DNA of 64,000 bases, from NCBI RefSeq assembly GCF_047971895.1, contig NZ_JBKEAF010000001.1, positions 10,495 to 74,494 on the forward strand. Reading direction: 5' to 3'. Both the position numbers and the translations under genes were made by a program. This document shows positions 25,031 to 35,968 of this stretch, one piece after another. A model generated the notes under the pieces. The model saw nothing but the letters and a program-made list of their open reading frames with translations, was not told the origin of the DNA and searched no databases. This DNA comes from Microbacterium sp. GTDB lineage: Bacteria > Actinomycetota > Actinomycetes > Actinomycetales > Microbacteriaceae. Position 1 is the first letter of the stretch. Each line of letters starts with the position of its first letter.

Positions 25031-26706
25031 CTCCGACCGACGTCCACACGCCGCTTGCGCTCGAGGCCGGCACGCTGCGCATCACCCCACTCGGCGGCCT
25101 CGGCGAGGTCGGACGCAACATGACGATCTTCGAGTACGAGGGCAAGCTGCTGGTCGTCGACTGCGGCGTGCTCTTCCCCGAGGAGCACCAACCCGGCGTC
25201 GACCTCATCCTGCCGGACTTCGAGCCCATCAAGGACCGTCTCGATGACATCGTCGCGATCGTGCTCACGCACGGGCACGAAGACCACATCGGCGCCGTGC
25301 CGTACCTGCTCAAGCTGAAGCCCGACATCCCGCTGGTGGGTTCGGGCCTGACGCTCGCGCTCATCGAGGCGAAGCTCAAAGAACACCGCATCAAGCCGTT
25401 CACGCTGCTGGTGTCGGAGGGCGCGCATGAGCGGCTGGGGCCGTTCGACTGCGAGTTCGTCGCCGTCAACCACTCGATCCCGGACGCCTTGGCCGTCGCG
25501 ATCCGCACGCCCGCGGGCCTCGTGCTGGCCACCGGCGACTTCAAGATGGATCAGCTGCCGCTCGACGACAGGCTCACCGATCTGCGCGCGTTCGCCCGGC
25601 TGGGGGAGGAAGGCGTCGACCTCTTCCTCGTCGACTCGACCAACGCCGACGTGCCTGGGTTCACCCCGCTCGAGCGCAGCATCGGTCCGGTGCTCGACCA
25701 GGTGATCGGCAAGGCGCCACGCCGGGTCATCGTGGCGAGCTTCTCGAGCCACGTGCACCGGGTGCAGCAGGTGCTGGATGCTGCGCATGCCCACGGCCGC
25801 CGCGTGGCGCTGCTGGGCCGCAGCATGGTGCGCAACATGACCATCGCCGAAGACCTGGGGTATCTGAAGGTGCCCGAGGGCGTGCTCATCGAGTACAAGA
25901 AGGCGAAGGACCTTCCCGACGACAAGATCGTCTATATGTCGACCGGGTCGCAGGGTGAGCCGATGGCGGTGCTCAGCCGCATGGCCAATCTCGACCACGC
26001 GATCGAGCCCGGGCCCGGCGACACAGTGATCCTCGCCTCGAGCCTCATCCCCGGCAACGAGAACGCCGTGTACCGGGTGATCGACGGGCTGACCAAGCTC
26101 GGTGCGAACGTCGTGCACAAGGGCAACGCGAAGGTGCACGTGTCGGGTCACGCGGCCGCGGGCGAGCTGCTGTACTGCTACAACATCCTGAAGCCGAAGA
26201 ACGTATTGCCGGTGCACGGCGAATACCGGCACCTCATGGCCAACGCGAAGCTCGCGCAGGACACCGGCATCGCCGCGGAGCGCACGATCCTCGGCGAGAA
26301 CGGCACCGTGGTCGATCTGCGCGACGGCCGTGCGGAGGTGGTCGGCCAGCTCGACCTCGGCTTCGTGTACGTCGACGGATCGACGGTGGGCGAGATCACC
26401 GACGCCGACCTCAAGGACCGCAGAATCCTCGGCGAAGAGGGCTTCATCTCGGTGATCGTGGTGGTGGATGCCTCGACCGGCGCCATCATCTCGGGCCCCG
26501 ACATCCACGCCCGTGGCTTCGCCGAGGACGACAGGGTGTTCGACAGCGTCAAACCGAAGATCGCGGCCGCCCTGGCGGAGGCCGCGCAGTCCGGTGTGCG
26601 CGATCCGCATGCGCTGTCGCAGGTGGTGCGCCGCACCATCGGCCGCTGGGTCAACCAGTCGCTGCGGCGGCGGCCGATGATCGTGCCGCTGGTGATCGAG
26701 GCGTAA
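25027..26706 (+). CDS. rnj: Ribonuclease J
   Basis: The translation LRITPLGGLGEVGRNMT...THGHEDHIG shows the metallo-beta-lactamase/beta-CASP signature. The start is ATG 25027, overlapping the dapA stop. Confidence 0.93.
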   Translation: MTPTDVHTPLALEAGTLRITPLGGLGEVGRNMTIFEYEGKLLVVDCGVLFPEEHQPGVDLILPDFEPIKDRLDDIVAIVLTHGHEDHIGAVPYLLKLKPDIPLVGSGLTLALIEAKLKEHRIKPFTLLVSEGAHERLGPFDCEFVAVNHSIPDALAVAIRTPAGLVLATGDFKMDQLPLDDRLTDLRAFARLGEEGVDLFLVDSTNADVPGFTPLERSIGPVLDQVIGKAPRRVIVASFSSHVHRVQQVLDAAHAHGRRVALLGRSMVRNMTIAEDLGYLKVPEGVLIEYKKAKDLPDDKIVYMSTGSQGEPMAVLSRMANLDHAIEPGPGDTVILASSLIPGNENAVYRVIDGLTKLGANVVHKGNAKVHVSGHAAAGELLYCYNILKPKNVLPVHGEYRHLMANAKLAQDTGIAAERTILGENGTVVDLRDGRAEVVGQLDLGFVYVDGSTVGEITDADLKDRRILGEEGFISVIVVVDASTGAIISGPDIHARGFAEDDRVFDSVKPKIAAALAEAAQSGVRDPHALSQVVRRTIGRWVNQSLRRRPMIVPLVIEA

Positions 26707-26781
26707 CGAGTTCACATCCATCACATCCGTCACGCCGCGTCGCTGCCGGGAAATGTCGGCCGTCGGTCGTAGCGTGGGGGC

Positions 26782-29463
26782 ATGGCCAGGAGCTCCAGCT
26801 CGACCAAGAGCACTCGCGCGCCCTCGAAATCGTCGTCCCGCGGTTCGGGGGGCTCGCGCAAGCCTGCGCCCGAGCCGAAGCGCTACGTCGACGAGGCGGA
26901 GCGGCCCCCGCTGGCCGTGCGCGCCTGGATGGGGCTCGCGCACGGCGTCGGCGGCATGTTCCGCGCCTTCGGGCCCGAGACGCTCGAGAAGGAACAGCGC
27001 CGCGACGGCTTCCCCTTCTTCATCGTGCTGCTGGCGATCGCGGGTGCGGTCGTCGAATGGTTCTTCATCGGCAACGACGTGGCCGCCACCATCAGCGCCT
27101 ACTCCGTCGGCGGGCTCATCGGGCGGGTCGCATTCGTGTTCCCCGTGTTGCTGCTGGCGCTCGCCGGGTGGCTGTTCCGGCATCCGTCGTCCGTCCACGA
27201 CAACGGCCGCGTCGGCATCGGCTTCGGCCTGTTCGTCGTCACCGTGGCCGGCTTCTGCCAGGTCGCCGGCGATCGGCCGGCGCCGAAGGACGGGCTGCCG
27301 GCGCTGAGCGAGGCCGGCGGGCTGTTCGGCTGGATGCTCGGCGAGCCGCTGGCGTGGCTGCTGACCGACATCGGTGCGTACGCCGTGCTCGCGCTGCTCG
27401 CCGTGCTGAGCGTGCTGATCCTCACCAAGACACCGCCGAACCGCATCGGCCGGCGCCTGGGCGACCTGTACGCGTGGATGTTCGGCGCAGAGCGGCGCGC
27501 CGAGCCGGAGACGACGGATGCCACGGCCGACGACGACGCGGACTCGTCGCTGCCCTGGTGGCGCCGCAACCGCACCGGGCGTGAGACCGACCCCGAGGGC
27601 GAGCTCGGCTCGCAGGACCTCACGGCCCTGCTGCCGCCCGGAACCGCACAGGGCGGGTTCGATCAGGCGATCGTCGAGGCCGACTCGGTGGCGCCGGATG
27701 CCGCCACCGAGGTGCTCACCGATGTGCGGGCGGCCGTGTCGTCGCTCGGTGTGCCTTCTGGCTCCACGTCGCTGCTGGACGATGTGCCCGAGGGGGACGA
27801 CACCGGCGACCTGCCGGGCCTGTCGGGACTGGGCATGTCGGGCTCGGGAGGCGCGCCGCCCGCACCGACGGCACCGTACCGGCTGCCGAACGCGAACACG
27901 CTGGCGGCGGGAACCCCGGCCCTGGCGAAGTCGGCGGCCAACGACGCCGTCGTGGCCGCCATCACGAGCGTGCTCGAGCAGTTCCAGATCGATGCCAAGG
28001 TCACGGGTTTCTCGCGCGGCCCGACGGTGACGCAGTACGAGATCGAGGTCGGCCCCGGCGTGAAGGTCGAGCGCATCACGGCGCTCACCAACAACATCGC
28101 CTATGCGGTCGCATCCAACGAAGTGCGCATCCTCGCACCGATCCCGGGAAAGAGCGCGATCGGCGTGGAGATCCCGAACAGCGACCGCGAGATCGTGACG
28201 CTGGGCGACGTGCTGCGCGCCCCGGCTGCGGCATCGGCGACGCATCCGATGACGATCGGCATCGGCAAGGACGTCGGCGGCGGGTACGTCGTGGCCAACC
28301 TCGCCAAGATGCCCCACCTGCTCGTGGCGGGCTCGACAGGCTCGGGCAAGTCGAGCTTCGTGAACTCGATGATCACGAGCCTGCTCATGCGCGCCAAGCC
28401 CGCCGATGTGCGCATGGTGCTCATCGACCCCAAGCGCGTCGAGCTGACCTCGTACGCGGGAGTGCCGCACCTGATCACCCCCATCATCACGAACCCCAAG
28501 AAGGCGGCCGAGGCGCTCCAGTGGGTCGTGAAGGAGATGGACATGCGGTACGACGACCTGGCGTCGTTCGGCTTCCGCCACATCGACGACTTCAACCGTG
28601 CGGTGATCGCCGGCGAGGTGAACCTTCCCGCCGGCAGCGAGCGCGTACTCAAGCCGTACCCGTACCTGCTCGTCGTCGTCGATGAGCTCGCCGACCTCAT
28701 GATGGTGGCCCCGCGCGACGTCGAGGACTCCATCGTGCGCATCACTCAGCTGGCGCGGGCCAGCGGCATCCATCTCGTCCTCGCCACCCAGCGGCCGTCG
28801 GTCGACGTCGTCACCGGTCTCATCAAGGCCAACGTGCCCTCCCGCCTCGCTTTCGCCGTCACGAGCGTCACCGACTCGCGTGTGATCCTCGACCAGCCCG
28901 GCGCCGATCGGCTCATCGGCCAGGGTGACGGGCTCTTCCTGCCGATGGGTGCCTCCAAGTCGCTGCGCGTGCAGGGTGCGTGGGTCAGCGAGGCCGAGAT
29001 CGAGAAGGTCGTGGCGCATGTCAAGCAGCAGGCGCTGCCCGACTACCGCGACGACGTCGAAGCGGTCGCCGAGAAGAAGGAGATCGACGCCGACATCGGT
29101 GACGACCTCGAACTGCTGCTCGCTGCCGCCGAACTCATCGTGTCGACCCAGTTCGGCTCGACCTCGATGCTGCAGCGCAAGCTGCGCGTCGGCTTCGCGA
29201 AGGCCGGCCGTCTCATGGATCTGCTGGAGTCGCGGGAGATCGTCGGCCCGTCCGAGGGGTCGAAGGCCCGCGATGTGCTGGTCACCGCCGAACAGCTGCC
29301 CGAGGTGCTCTCGCGCCTCCGGGGCGACGATGTGACGCCCCGTCCTTCTGCCGAACCGGCCGAGCCGTACGCGGGCGACCCCGTGCAGCAGCAGTTCGAC
29401 GGCTATCCGACGGAGCAGAGCGACGGAGACGAGGATGCCTGGGGGCTCACCGGCCGCGATTGA
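26782..29463 (+). CDS. ftsK: DNA translocase FtsK
   Basis: N-terminal TM helices, a Pro/Ala linker, the Walker A motif [17 protein letters not shown], and a C-terminal gamma domain ([21 protein letters not shown]) are all present. Confidence 0.93.
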   Translation: MARSSSSTKSTRAPSKSSSRGSGGSRKPAPEPKRYVDEAERPPLAVRAWMGLAHGVGGMFRAFGPETLEKEQRRDGFPFFIVLLAIAGAVVEWFFIGNDVAATISAYSVGGLIGRVAFVFPVLLLALAGWLFRHPSSVHDNGRVGIGFGLFVVTVAGFCQVAGDRPAPKDGLPALSEAGGLFGWMLGEPLAWLLTDIGAYAVLALLAVLSVLILTKTPPNRIGRRLGDLYAWMFGAERRAEPETTDATADDDADSSLPWWRRNRTGRETDPEGELGSQDLTALLPPGTAQGGFDQAIVEADSVAPDAATEVLTDVRAAVSSLGVPSGSTSLLDDVPEGDDTGDLPGLSGLGMSGSGGAPPAPTAPYRLPNANTLAAGTPALAKSAANDAVVAAITSVLEQFQIDAKVTGFSRGPTVTQYEIEVGPGVKVERITALTNNIAYAVASNEVRILAPIPGKSAIGVEIPNSDREIVTLGDVLRAPAAASATHPMTIGIGKDVGGGYVVANLAKMPHLLVAGSTGSGKSSFVNSMITSLLMRAKPADVRMVLIDPKRVELTSYAGVPHLITPIITNPKKAAEALQWVVKEMDMRYDDLASFGFRHIDDFNRAVIAGEVNLPAGSERVLKPYPYLLVVVDELADLMMVAPRDVEDSIVRITQLARASGIHLVLATQRPSVDVVTGLIKANVPSRLAFAVTSVTDSRVILDQPGADRLIGQGDGLFLPMGASKSLRVQGAWVSEAEIEKVVAHVKQQALPDYRDDVEAVAEKKEIDADIGDDLELLLAAAELIVSTQFGSTSMLQRKLRVGFAKAGRLMDLLESREIVGPSEGSKARDVLVTAEQLPEVLSRLRGDDVTPRPSAEPAEPYAGDPVQQQFDGYPTEQSDGDEDAWGLTGRD

Positions 29464-29488
29464 TCGGCTGCGGCAGTAGGCTCGGCAC

Positions 29489-30061
29489 GTGGCCGTCCCT
29501 CGTCAGCTCCCGAACGCGATCACGATGGCGCGCATCCTGTGCGCACCCGTCTTCCTCTGGATGCTGCTGGCTGACGGGGGTGCGGACGGGCCGCTGCGCT
29601 GGTGGGCGGCGGTCCTGTTCATCGTCGCGATCGCGACCGACGGGGTGGACGGCGCGATCGCACGCCGCAACGACATCGTCAGCGACCTCGGAAAGCTGCT
29701 CGACCCCATCGCCGACAAGGTGCTCACCGGGTGCGCCTTCGTCGGGCTGTCGATCCTCGTCGAGCTGCCATGGTGGATCACGATCGTCGTGCTCGTGCGT
29801 GAGGTCGGCATCACGATCTACCGCTTCGTGGTCGTGAGCGACCATGTGCTGGCCGCGGCGTGGATGGGAAAGCTCAAGACCGTCGCGCAGGCGGCGGCCC
29901 TGTCGCTCGCGCTGCTTCCGCTGTGGACGATCGTGGGCGAGTGGATCTTCTGGGTCAACGGAGTCACGATGACGATCGCCGTCGTGCTCACCGTGGCCAG
30001 CGGCATCGACTACGTGGTGTCCGAGGTGCGCGGGGCGCGCTCGCACCGGGAGGCGCGGTGA
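29489..30061 (+). CDS. pgsA: CDP-diacylglycerol-glycerol-3-phosphate 3-phosphatidyltransferase
   Basis: The CDP-alcohol phosphotransferase motif DGVDGAIAR...G...DPIADK is present. Confidence 0.88.
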   Translation: MAVPRQLPNAITMARILCAPVFLWMLLADGGADGPLRWWAAVLFIVAIATDGVDGAIARRNDIVSDLGKLLDPIADKVLTGCAFVGLSILVELPWWITIVVLVREVGITIYRFVVVSDHVLAAAWMGKLKTVAQAAALSLALLPLWTIVGEWIFWVNGVTMTIAVVLTVASGIDYVVSEVRGARSHREAR

Positions 30062-30537
30062 ACGGTGCCGCCGCACTGCTGGATCGGCTGCGGGAGCGGG
30101 GACTGACCGTCGCGACCGCCGAGTCGCTGACCGGCGGGAGGGTCGTCGCCGCGCTCGTCGACGTGCCCGGGGCATCGACCGTCGTCAGGGGCGGCGTGGT
30201 CGCGTACGCGACCGACACCAAGCAGACGGTGCTCGGCGTCGATGCGGCACTTCTCGCCGCGCACGGAGCGGTGCACGACCAGGTCGCCCGCCAGTTGGCG
30301 GCCGGCGCCCGACGGGTGCTCGGCGCCGATGTCGGCATCTCGACCACCGGTGTCGCCGGGCCGGCCACGGCGGACCGGCAGCCTGTGGGCCGGGTGTTCA
30401 TCGGCATCGCGGCGCACGACGGCATCCAGGTCTTGTCTCTGCAGCTCGCCGGCGACCGCGAGCAGATACGGTCCGAGACTGTGACCCGGGCGATCGCGTT
30501 CGCCGAGGCGCTGGTGACCGGCCGACCGAGGAAATAG
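30058..30537 (+). CDS. CinA C-terminal domain / nicotinamide-nucleotide amidohydrolase (PncC-like)
   Basis: The motifs TVATAESLTGG, VVAY and ISTTGVAGP are present. The GTG start overlaps the pgsA stop. Confidence 0.85.
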   Translation: MNGAAALLDRLRERGLTVATAESLTGGRVVAALVDVPGASTVVRGGVVAYATDTKQTVLGVDAALLAAHGAVHDQVARQLAAGARRVLGADVGISTTGVAGPATADRQPVGRVFIGIAAHDGIQVLSLQLAGDREQIRSETVTRAIAFAEALVTGRPRK

Positions 30538-30668
30538 CGTGGATCTCGACGAGGTGAGAATCGGTGATTCTCAGCCGTCACCGAGCCGAACGGGTTAGAT
30601 TGGTTGAAACGGGTCGGGTACTGTTGTGCACCCGGAGAATGGACAGTTCGCGCGAGAGGGGGCCCACA

Positions 30669-30977
30669 ATGATCCTGGTTCGTCAAGAGATCGGGGATGT
30701 CCTGCGGGACCTCCGTCAGCAGAAGGGGCACACGCTGCGACAGGTCGCCGGTCGTGCCAGCGTCGCGCTCGGCTACCTCAGCGAGGTGGAGCGCGGTCAG
30801 AAGGAGGCATCGAGCGAGATCCTCGCGTCGGTCGCCGAAGCGCTCGACGTGCCGATCTCCACGATCATGCGCGAGGCGGGCGAGCGTATCGCGGTGCTCG
30901 AAGGCATCCAGCAGTTCCCCGACGTCGTGCCCGACGAGCTCGTCGCCTCGGTCGAGCTCGAGCCGTCGCTGCACTGA
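30669..30977 (+). CDS. XRE-family HTH regulator (ClgR-like by sequence and position)
   Basis: The translation is LRDLRQQKGHTLRQVAGRASVALGYLSEVERGQKEASSEIL. Its position between cinA and recA matches mycobacterial clgR. Confidence 0.72.
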   Translation: MILVRQEIGDVLRDLRQQKGHTLRQVAGRASVALGYLSEVERGQKEASSEILASVAEALDVPISTIMREAGERIAVLEGIQQFPDVVPDELVASVELEPSLH

Positions 30978-31202
30978 ATGCGGCGATCGGAGCTGCAGCG
31001 CGCCGTCGCACATGAGTTCGGCGCCCGCGGCGACGCGCTGATCGCCGATCTCACGTTGAGCACGCTCGGTCACCGGACGGCCGCAGAGGCGCTGGCCGAG
31101 GGGGAGCCCGCCGGCGAGATCTGGCTCGCCCTGTGCGAGGAGATGGATGTGCCGCTCTCGCGGCGCCACGGCGCAGGCAGGATCGAGCCCGGCCGACGCT
31201 GA
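30978..31202 (+). CDS. DUF3046 domain protein
   Basis: 74 aa. The translation [15 protein letters not shown]...[12 protein letters not shown]....[12 protein letters not shown] is a conserved recA-upstream small protein in actinobacteria. Confidence 0.7.
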   Translation: MRRSELQRAVAHEFGARGDALIADLTLSTLGHRTAAEALAEGEPAGEIWLALCEEMDVPLSRRHGAGRIEPGRR

Positions 31203-31241
31203 ATCGTGCACGGCGAGTGCGCGCTCAGCGGCGTGTCGTTC

Positions 31242-31257
31242 TCGAACGTGTGTTCTA
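31242..31257. promoter_or_regulatory. LexA SOS box upstream of recA
   Basis: TCGAACGTGTGTTCTA matches the actinobacterial consensus TCGAAC-N4-GTTCGA at 11 of 12 positions. Confidence 0.6.
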
Positions 31258-31329
31258 GCTGGACGTAGGCTCCTCCACAAGAGATGTCGAAAGAGCTCTT
31301 TCCACAAAATGGGGGATCCGACGGCTGGA

Positions 31330-31351
31330 TGTCGGAAGCCCCTCGTAGCGT
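31330..31351 (+). promoter_or_regulatory. RecA-NDp-like (PafBC-type) promoter motif upstream of recA
   Basis: TGTCGGAA-N8-TAGCGT fits the reported tTGTCRgtg-N8-TAnnnT motif. It lies about 100 nt upstream of the recA ATG. Confidence 0.45.
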
Positions 31352-31452
31352 GGACAGCGTCATCGCACACCTCACGCCTTGTCGCGATCCGTCTTCGCCG
31401 AAGGGGACCGCGACAGCCTACAGGCGGCAAACCGCGACAGAAGGAGCACGCC

Positions 31453-32502
31453 ATGCCATCACCCGCCGACCGCGAGAAGGCCCTCGACTCGGCCCTCGCC
31501 CAGATCGACCGGCAGTTCGGGAAGGGCTCGGTCATGCGGCTCGGCTCCGACGAGCGCGCGCCCGTCGAGGTCATCCCCACCGGATCCATCGCCCTGGATG
31601 TGGCGCTCGGCGTGGGCGGACTGCCCCGAGGTCGCATCGTGGAAATCTACGGTCCGGAGTCGTCGGGTAAGACGACACTGACCCTCCACGCGATCGCCAA
31701 CGTGCAGCGCGCGGGCGGCATCGCCGCGTTCGTCGACGCGGAGCACGCACTCGACCCCGAATACGCCCAGAAGCTCGGCGTCGACATCGATCAGCTGCTG
31801 GTCTCGCAGCCCGACACGGGGGAGCAGGCGCTGGAGATCGCCGACATGCTCGTCCGCTCCGGGGCGATCGACCTCGTCGTCATCGACTCGGTGGCCGCGC
31901 TGGTGCCGAGGGCCGAGATCGAAGGCGAGATGGGCGACTCGCACGTCGGTCTGCAGGCACGCCTCATGTCGCAGGCCCTGCGCAAGCTCACCGGCGGTCT
32001 CAACCAGACCGGCACCACGATGATCTTCATCAATCAGCTGCGCGAGAAGATCGGCGTGTTCTTCGGCTCGCCCGAGACCACCGCCGGCGGCAAGGCGCTG
32101 AAGTTCTACGCGTCGGTGCGGCTCGACATCCGTCGCATCGAGACGCTGAAAGACGGCACCGATGCCGTGGGAAACCGCACGCGCGTGAAGGTCGTGAAGA
32201 ACAAGATGGCCCCGCCGTTCAAGCAGGCCGAGTTCGACATCCTCTACGGCACCGGAATCTCGCGTGAAGGGTCGCTCATCGACTTCGGCGTCGAGCACAC
32301 CATCGTGAAGAAGTCCGGTGCCTGGTACACGTACGAGGGCGAACAGCTCGGGCAGGGCAAGGAGAACGCCCGCAACTTCTTGATCAAGAACCCCGACATC
32401 GCGGCCGACATCGAGTCGAAGATCAAGGTCAAGCTCGGTATCGGCGTCGCACCGGCAGCCGTCGAGGTCGCCGACGAGCTGGCCGCGCGTCGGCCGGCCT
32501 GA
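31453..32502 (+). CDS. recA: Recombinase A
   Basis: The translation is [22 protein letters not shown]...[13 protein letters not shown]...[37 protein letters not shown]. An AAGGAG RBS precedes the start. Confidence 0.97.
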   Translation: MPSPADREKALDSALAQIDRQFGKGSVMRLGSDERAPVEVIPTGSIALDVALGVGGLPRGRIVEIYGPESSGKTTLTLHAIANVQRAGGIAAFVDAEHALDPEYAQKLGVDIDQLLVSQPDTGEQALEIADMLVRSGAIDLVVIDSVAALVPRAEIEGEMGDSHVGLQARLMSQALRKLTGGLNQTGTTMIFINQLREKIGVFFGSPETTAGGKALKFYASVRLDIRRIETLKDGTDAVGNRTRVKVVKNKMAPPFKQAEFDILYGTGISREGSLIDFGVEHTIVKKSGAWYTYEGEQLGQGKENARNFLIKNPDIAADIESKIKVKLGIGVAPAAVEVADELAARRPA

Positions 32503-32503
32503 G

Positions 32504-33172
32504 ATGGTCGATGCCGTCGGGGATGACGGGGGCGTCGACTCCGACGTCGCCCCCGTCACCCCCCTGTTCGGTGCTTCCGCGCCCGTTGAGCGAGCCGACG
32601 GCGAGGCGAAACGCCCCGCATGGCACACGACCTGGAACGACGAGTCCGATCTCCACGCAGACGACGACCACGACGCGTGCAGCGCGAGCGAGTGGGAGAT
32701 CGCCGAGCGCACCCTCCTGAAGAAGCTCCGCACGCGGTCGCTGTCGGTGCGTGAGGCGCGGGCGGTCGTGGCGAAGCACTCGCTCGATGCTGATCAGGTC
32801 GAGGATGTGCTCGCCGCGTTCCTCGACCGCAAGTACCTCGACGACGTGGCGCTGGCCGGGCAGCTGGTGCACTCCAGTATCGAGCGCAAGGGGCACGGTC
32901 GCCAGGCGATCGCACAGGCACTCGCCCGTCGCGGTATTCCCCGAGAGGTGGCCGACGAGGCCCTCGCAGCTCTGCCCGACGACGACGCCGACCGGGCGTT
33001 GGACTTCGCCCGCTCGAAGGCGCGGTCGATGGGCGACATCCCTGCCGACACGGCGCTGCGACGACTTGTCGGGCAGCTGGCCCGTCGCGGTTATCCGGGG
33101 CCCGTCGCGATGACCGCGGCGAAGGCGGCGCTCGCCGACCCGTCGGCACGTTCGGGAGTGCGATTCCGCTGA
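32504..33172 (+). CDS. recX: Recombination regulator RecX
   Basis: It lies immediately after recA. RecX helical repeats are visible (LDRKYLDDVALAGQLV..., RRGIPREVADEAL). Confidence 0.85.
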   Translation: MVDAVGDDGGVDSDVAPVTPLFGASAPVERADGEAKRPAWHTTWNDESDLHADDDHDACSASEWEIAERTLLKKLRTRSLSVREARAVVAKHSLDADQVEDVLAAFLDRKYLDDVALAGQLVHSSIERKGHGRQAIAQALARRGIPREVADEALAALPDDDADRALDFARSKARSMGDIPADTALRRLVGQLARRGYPGPVAMTAAKAALADPSARSGVRFR

Positions 33173-33217
33173 CGCTCCCCGAATACGCTCGCGCGCCTTC
33201 TCCGCGGGCGAGCCTCG

Positions 33218-33223
33218 TACAAT
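33218..33223 (+). promoter_or_regulatory. Candidate -10 hexamer TACAAT for miaB
   Basis: A perfect TACAAT lies 9 nt before the miaB ATG, which would give a very short or absent leader. Confidence 0.3.
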
Positions 33224-33232
33224 GGGGGACGT

Positions 33233-34777
33233 ATGTCCGCTCCCCTCTCGACTCCCACGCACATCGCACCGTCGTCGGCCGCGCTCGCCGCCGACGGGCA
33301 GCACCGCACGTACGAGGTGCGCACGTTCGGCTGTCAGATGAACGTTCACGACTCCGAGCGGCTGTCGGGGTCGCTCGAAAGCGCGGGGTACGTGCGCGCC
33401 GACGCGGGTGACGAGGCCGACGTCGTCGTGATCAACACCTGCGCGGTGCGCGACAACGCCGCCGGAAAGCTCTACGGCACGCTCGGGCACCTGAAGTCGC
33501 GCAAGGACAAGCGGGAGGGCATGCAGATCGCTGTCGGCGGATGCCTTGCCCAGATGGACAGGGACGCCGTGCTCGACAAGGCCCCGTGGGTCGATGTCGT
33601 CTTCGGCACGCACAACATGGGATCGTTGCCGTCGCTGCTCGAGCGTGCGCGTCACAACGGCGAAGCCGAGCTCGAGATCCTCGAGTCGCTCGAGGTGTTT
33701 CCGTCGACTCTGCCGACCAAGCGCGACAGCGTGTACAGCGGCTGGGTGTCGATCTCGGTCGGCTGCAACAACACGTGCACGTTCTGCATCGTCCCGAGCC
33801 TGCGCGGGAAGGAGAAGGACCGGCGGCCAGGAGACATTCTGAACGAGATGCGCCTGCTCATCGAGGACGGCGCCATCGAGGTCACCCTGCTCGGGCAGAA
33901 TGTCAACAGCTACGGCGTCGAGTTCGGTGACCGTCAGGCATTCGGCAAGCTGTTGCGCGCCGCCGGCGAGATCGAGGGCCTGGAGCGCATCCGCTTCACG
34001 AGCCCGCACCCGGCCGCCTTCACCGACGACGTCATCGACGCGATGGCTGAGACGCCGGCCGTCATGCCGCAGCTGCACATGCCGCTGCAGTCCGGGTCCG
34101 ACCGCATCCTGAAGACGATGCGTCGGTCGTATCGCAATGCGAAGTTCCTCGGGATCCTCGACCGCGTGCGCGAGCGCATTCCGCACGCGGCGATCTCGAC
34201 CGACATCATCGTGGGCTTCCCCGGCGAGACCGACGAGGACTTCGAAGACACCCTGCGGGTCGTCGAGAAGGCGCGATTCGCCAGCGCCTTCACGTTCCAG
34301 TACTCCATCCGCGAGGGTACGCCGGCGGCGACGATGCCCGACCAGGTGCCCAAGGCCGTCGTACAGGAGCGCTACGAGCGGTTGGTCGCCCTGCAGGAGC
34401 GGATCTCGCTCGAGGAGAACCAGCGGCAGCTCGGTCGCGATGCCGAGGTGCTGGTGTCGACGGGCGAGGGCAAGAAGGATGCCGAGACCCATCGCCTCAC
34501 GGGACGCGCCGAAGACAATCGCCTCGTGCACTTCGAGGTGCCGGCCGGCTCGGAGACGCCACGGCCGGGTGATGTCGTGACGGTGCGGATCACGCATGCC
34601 GCGCCGTTCCACCTGCTCGCCGATGCACCCGGTGGCGCCCCGCTGCGCATCCGGCGCACGCGCGCGGGCGACGCCTGGGACCGGACGCAGACCGAGTCGT
34701 GCGCCGTGCCCGCACCGGGAGCAGCCGCGCCGCATCCGGTGTCTCTCGGCCTGCCGACGCTGCGCGTGGGCTCGTGA
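33233..34777 (+). CDS. miaB: tRNA (i6A37) methylthiotransferase MiaB
   Basis: The motifs [11 protein letters not shown] and the radical-SAM [11 protein letters not shown] are present, along with a TRAM domain. Confidence 0.93.
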   Translation: MSAPLSTPTHIAPSSAALAADGQHRTYEVRTFGCQMNVHDSERLSGSLESAGYVRADAGDEADVVVINTCAVRDNAAGKLYGTLGHLKSRKDKREGMQIAVGGCLAQMDRDAVLDKAPWVDVVFGTHNMGSLPSLLERARHNGEAELEILESLEVFPSTLPTKRDSVYSGWVSISVGCNNTCTFCIVPSLRGKEKDRRPGDILNEMRLLIEDGAIEVTLLGQNVNSYGVEFGDRQAFGKLLRAAGEIEGLERIRFTSPHPAAFTDDVIDAMAETPAVMPQLHMPLQSGSDRILKTMRRSYRNAKFLGILDRVRERIPHAAISTDIIVGFPGETDEDFEDTLRVVEKARFASAFTFQYSIREGTPAATMPDQVPKAVVQERYERLVALQERISLEENQRQLGRDAEVLVSTGEGKKDAETHRLTGRAEDNRLVHFEVPAGSETPRPGDVVTVRITHAAPFHLLADAPGGAPLRIRRTRAGDAWDRTQTESCAVPAPGAAAPHPVSLGLPTLRVGS

Positions 34778-34839
34778 CCGGCTCGCGCGGCATCGGGCAG
34801 CGTAACTGCGGCACCGTGCGGCATCCGCTGTACTGATCG

Positions 34840-35787
34840 GTGGCGCGCATGACGCAACCTGGCGGGGACGCGGTGACGCCCGGCCTCTGGGCCGTCGTCG
34901 GTGCGACCGGCACCGGAAAGACCGCGCTCTCGCTCGACCTCGCCGAGGCCATCGCCGCGCGCGGCGGGTCGGCCGAGATCGTCAACGCCGACGCGATGCA
35001 GCTGTATCGCGGCATGGACATCGGCACGGCGAAGCCGGCCGCGGCAGAGCACCGAGGCATCCCGCATCATCTCTTCGACGTGCTCGAGGTCACCGACGAA
35101 GCCGCCGTCGCCTGGTACCAGGGCATCGCACGCGACATCATCGGCGAGATCCACGCTCGCGGGGCCGAGGCGATCCTCGTCGGCGGGTCGGGGCTGTACG
35201 TGTCGAGCGTGCTTTTCGACTTCCGCTTCCCGCCGCGCGACCCGCAGGTGCGGGCAGCGCTGGAGGAAGAGCTCGAGCTCCACGGCCCGGGCGCGCTGTA
35301 CGACCGCCTGCGGGCGCTCGACCCGCGCACCGCGCACCGCGTCGACCCGCGCAACGGACGCCGTATCGTGCGGGCGCTGGAGGTGCTCGCGCAGGGCGCG
35401 GACACCCACGGTGCGGCACTGCCGGACGAGCCGGTGACGTGGCACGAAGCGACGCGCATCGTCGGCGTGCACGTGCCCCGGGATGAGCTCGTCGCCCGGT
35501 TGAACGCGCGCGCCGCGCTGATGTGGCGCGACGGCCTGCTCGACGAGGTCGCGGCGCTGCGCCCATTCGGCCTGGAGCAGGGGGTCACCGCGTCTCGCGC
35601 CATCGGCTACGCCCAGGCGCTCGCCCAGCTCGAAGGTGCCCTGACCGAGGCCGAGGCGATCGCCGAGACCCAGGCGTTGACCCGCCGCTACGCCCGCCGG
35701 CAGGTCTCGTGGTTCCGGCGCTACCGCGGCATCGAATGGGTCGAGCCCGGCATCGACGCGGCGAGCCTGGCAGACGCGGGAGCATGA
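34840..35787 (+). CDS. miaA: tRNA dimethylallyltransferase
   Basis: The P-loop [26 protein letters not shown] and HHL are MiaA signatures. Confidence 0.92.
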   Translation: MARMTQPGGDAVTPGLWAVVGATGTGKTALSLDLAEAIAARGGSAEIVNADAMQLYRGMDIGTAKPAAAEHRGIPHHLFDVLEVTDEAAVAWYQGIARDIIGEIHARGAEAILVGGSGLYVSSVLFDFRFPPRDPQVRAALEEELELHGPGALYDRLRALDPRTAHRVDPRNGRRIVRALEVLAQGADTHGAALPDEPVTWHEATRIVGVHVPRDELVARLNARAALMWRDGLLDEVAALRPFGLEQGVTASRAIGYAQALAQLEGALTEAEAIAETQALTRRYARRQVSWFRRYRGIEWVEPGIDAASLADAGA

Positions 35788-35968
35788 CCCCCGAAATATG
35801 CGCCTTCTCCGTCTCCGACACACCGGGGCTGGCTGTACTCTCTCGCCGCCGACCCGCATCGCCGCGGCGAAGGCATCGGCGCACGGCTCGCTCGGCTACG
35901 AGCCGTTCGAGGTGTGGACCGCGGGAAAACGCCTCATCGCGAACTGAGCCGCCGCGTAGGCTGGATGC

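Noticed and set aside
24388-29019. A 1543-aa minus-strand ORF, and similar giant antisense ORFs (8924-11878, 54919-57798, 32429-34735, 52913-54964, 37541-39328, 29988-31637).
   Set aside because: They lie antisense to genes with unmistakable homology (dapA/rnj/ftsK, pnp, pheT, miaB, gluD/pheS, hflX, recA). Their translations are Arg/Gly/Pro/Ala-rich low-complexity sequence, which is typical of stop-poor antisense frames in ~70% GC DNA.
35788-35968. A possible small ORF or remnant ending ...GSLGYEPFEVWTAGKRLIAN between miaA and dapF.
   Set aside because: It has no plausible start codon or RBS, and I recognise no homology.
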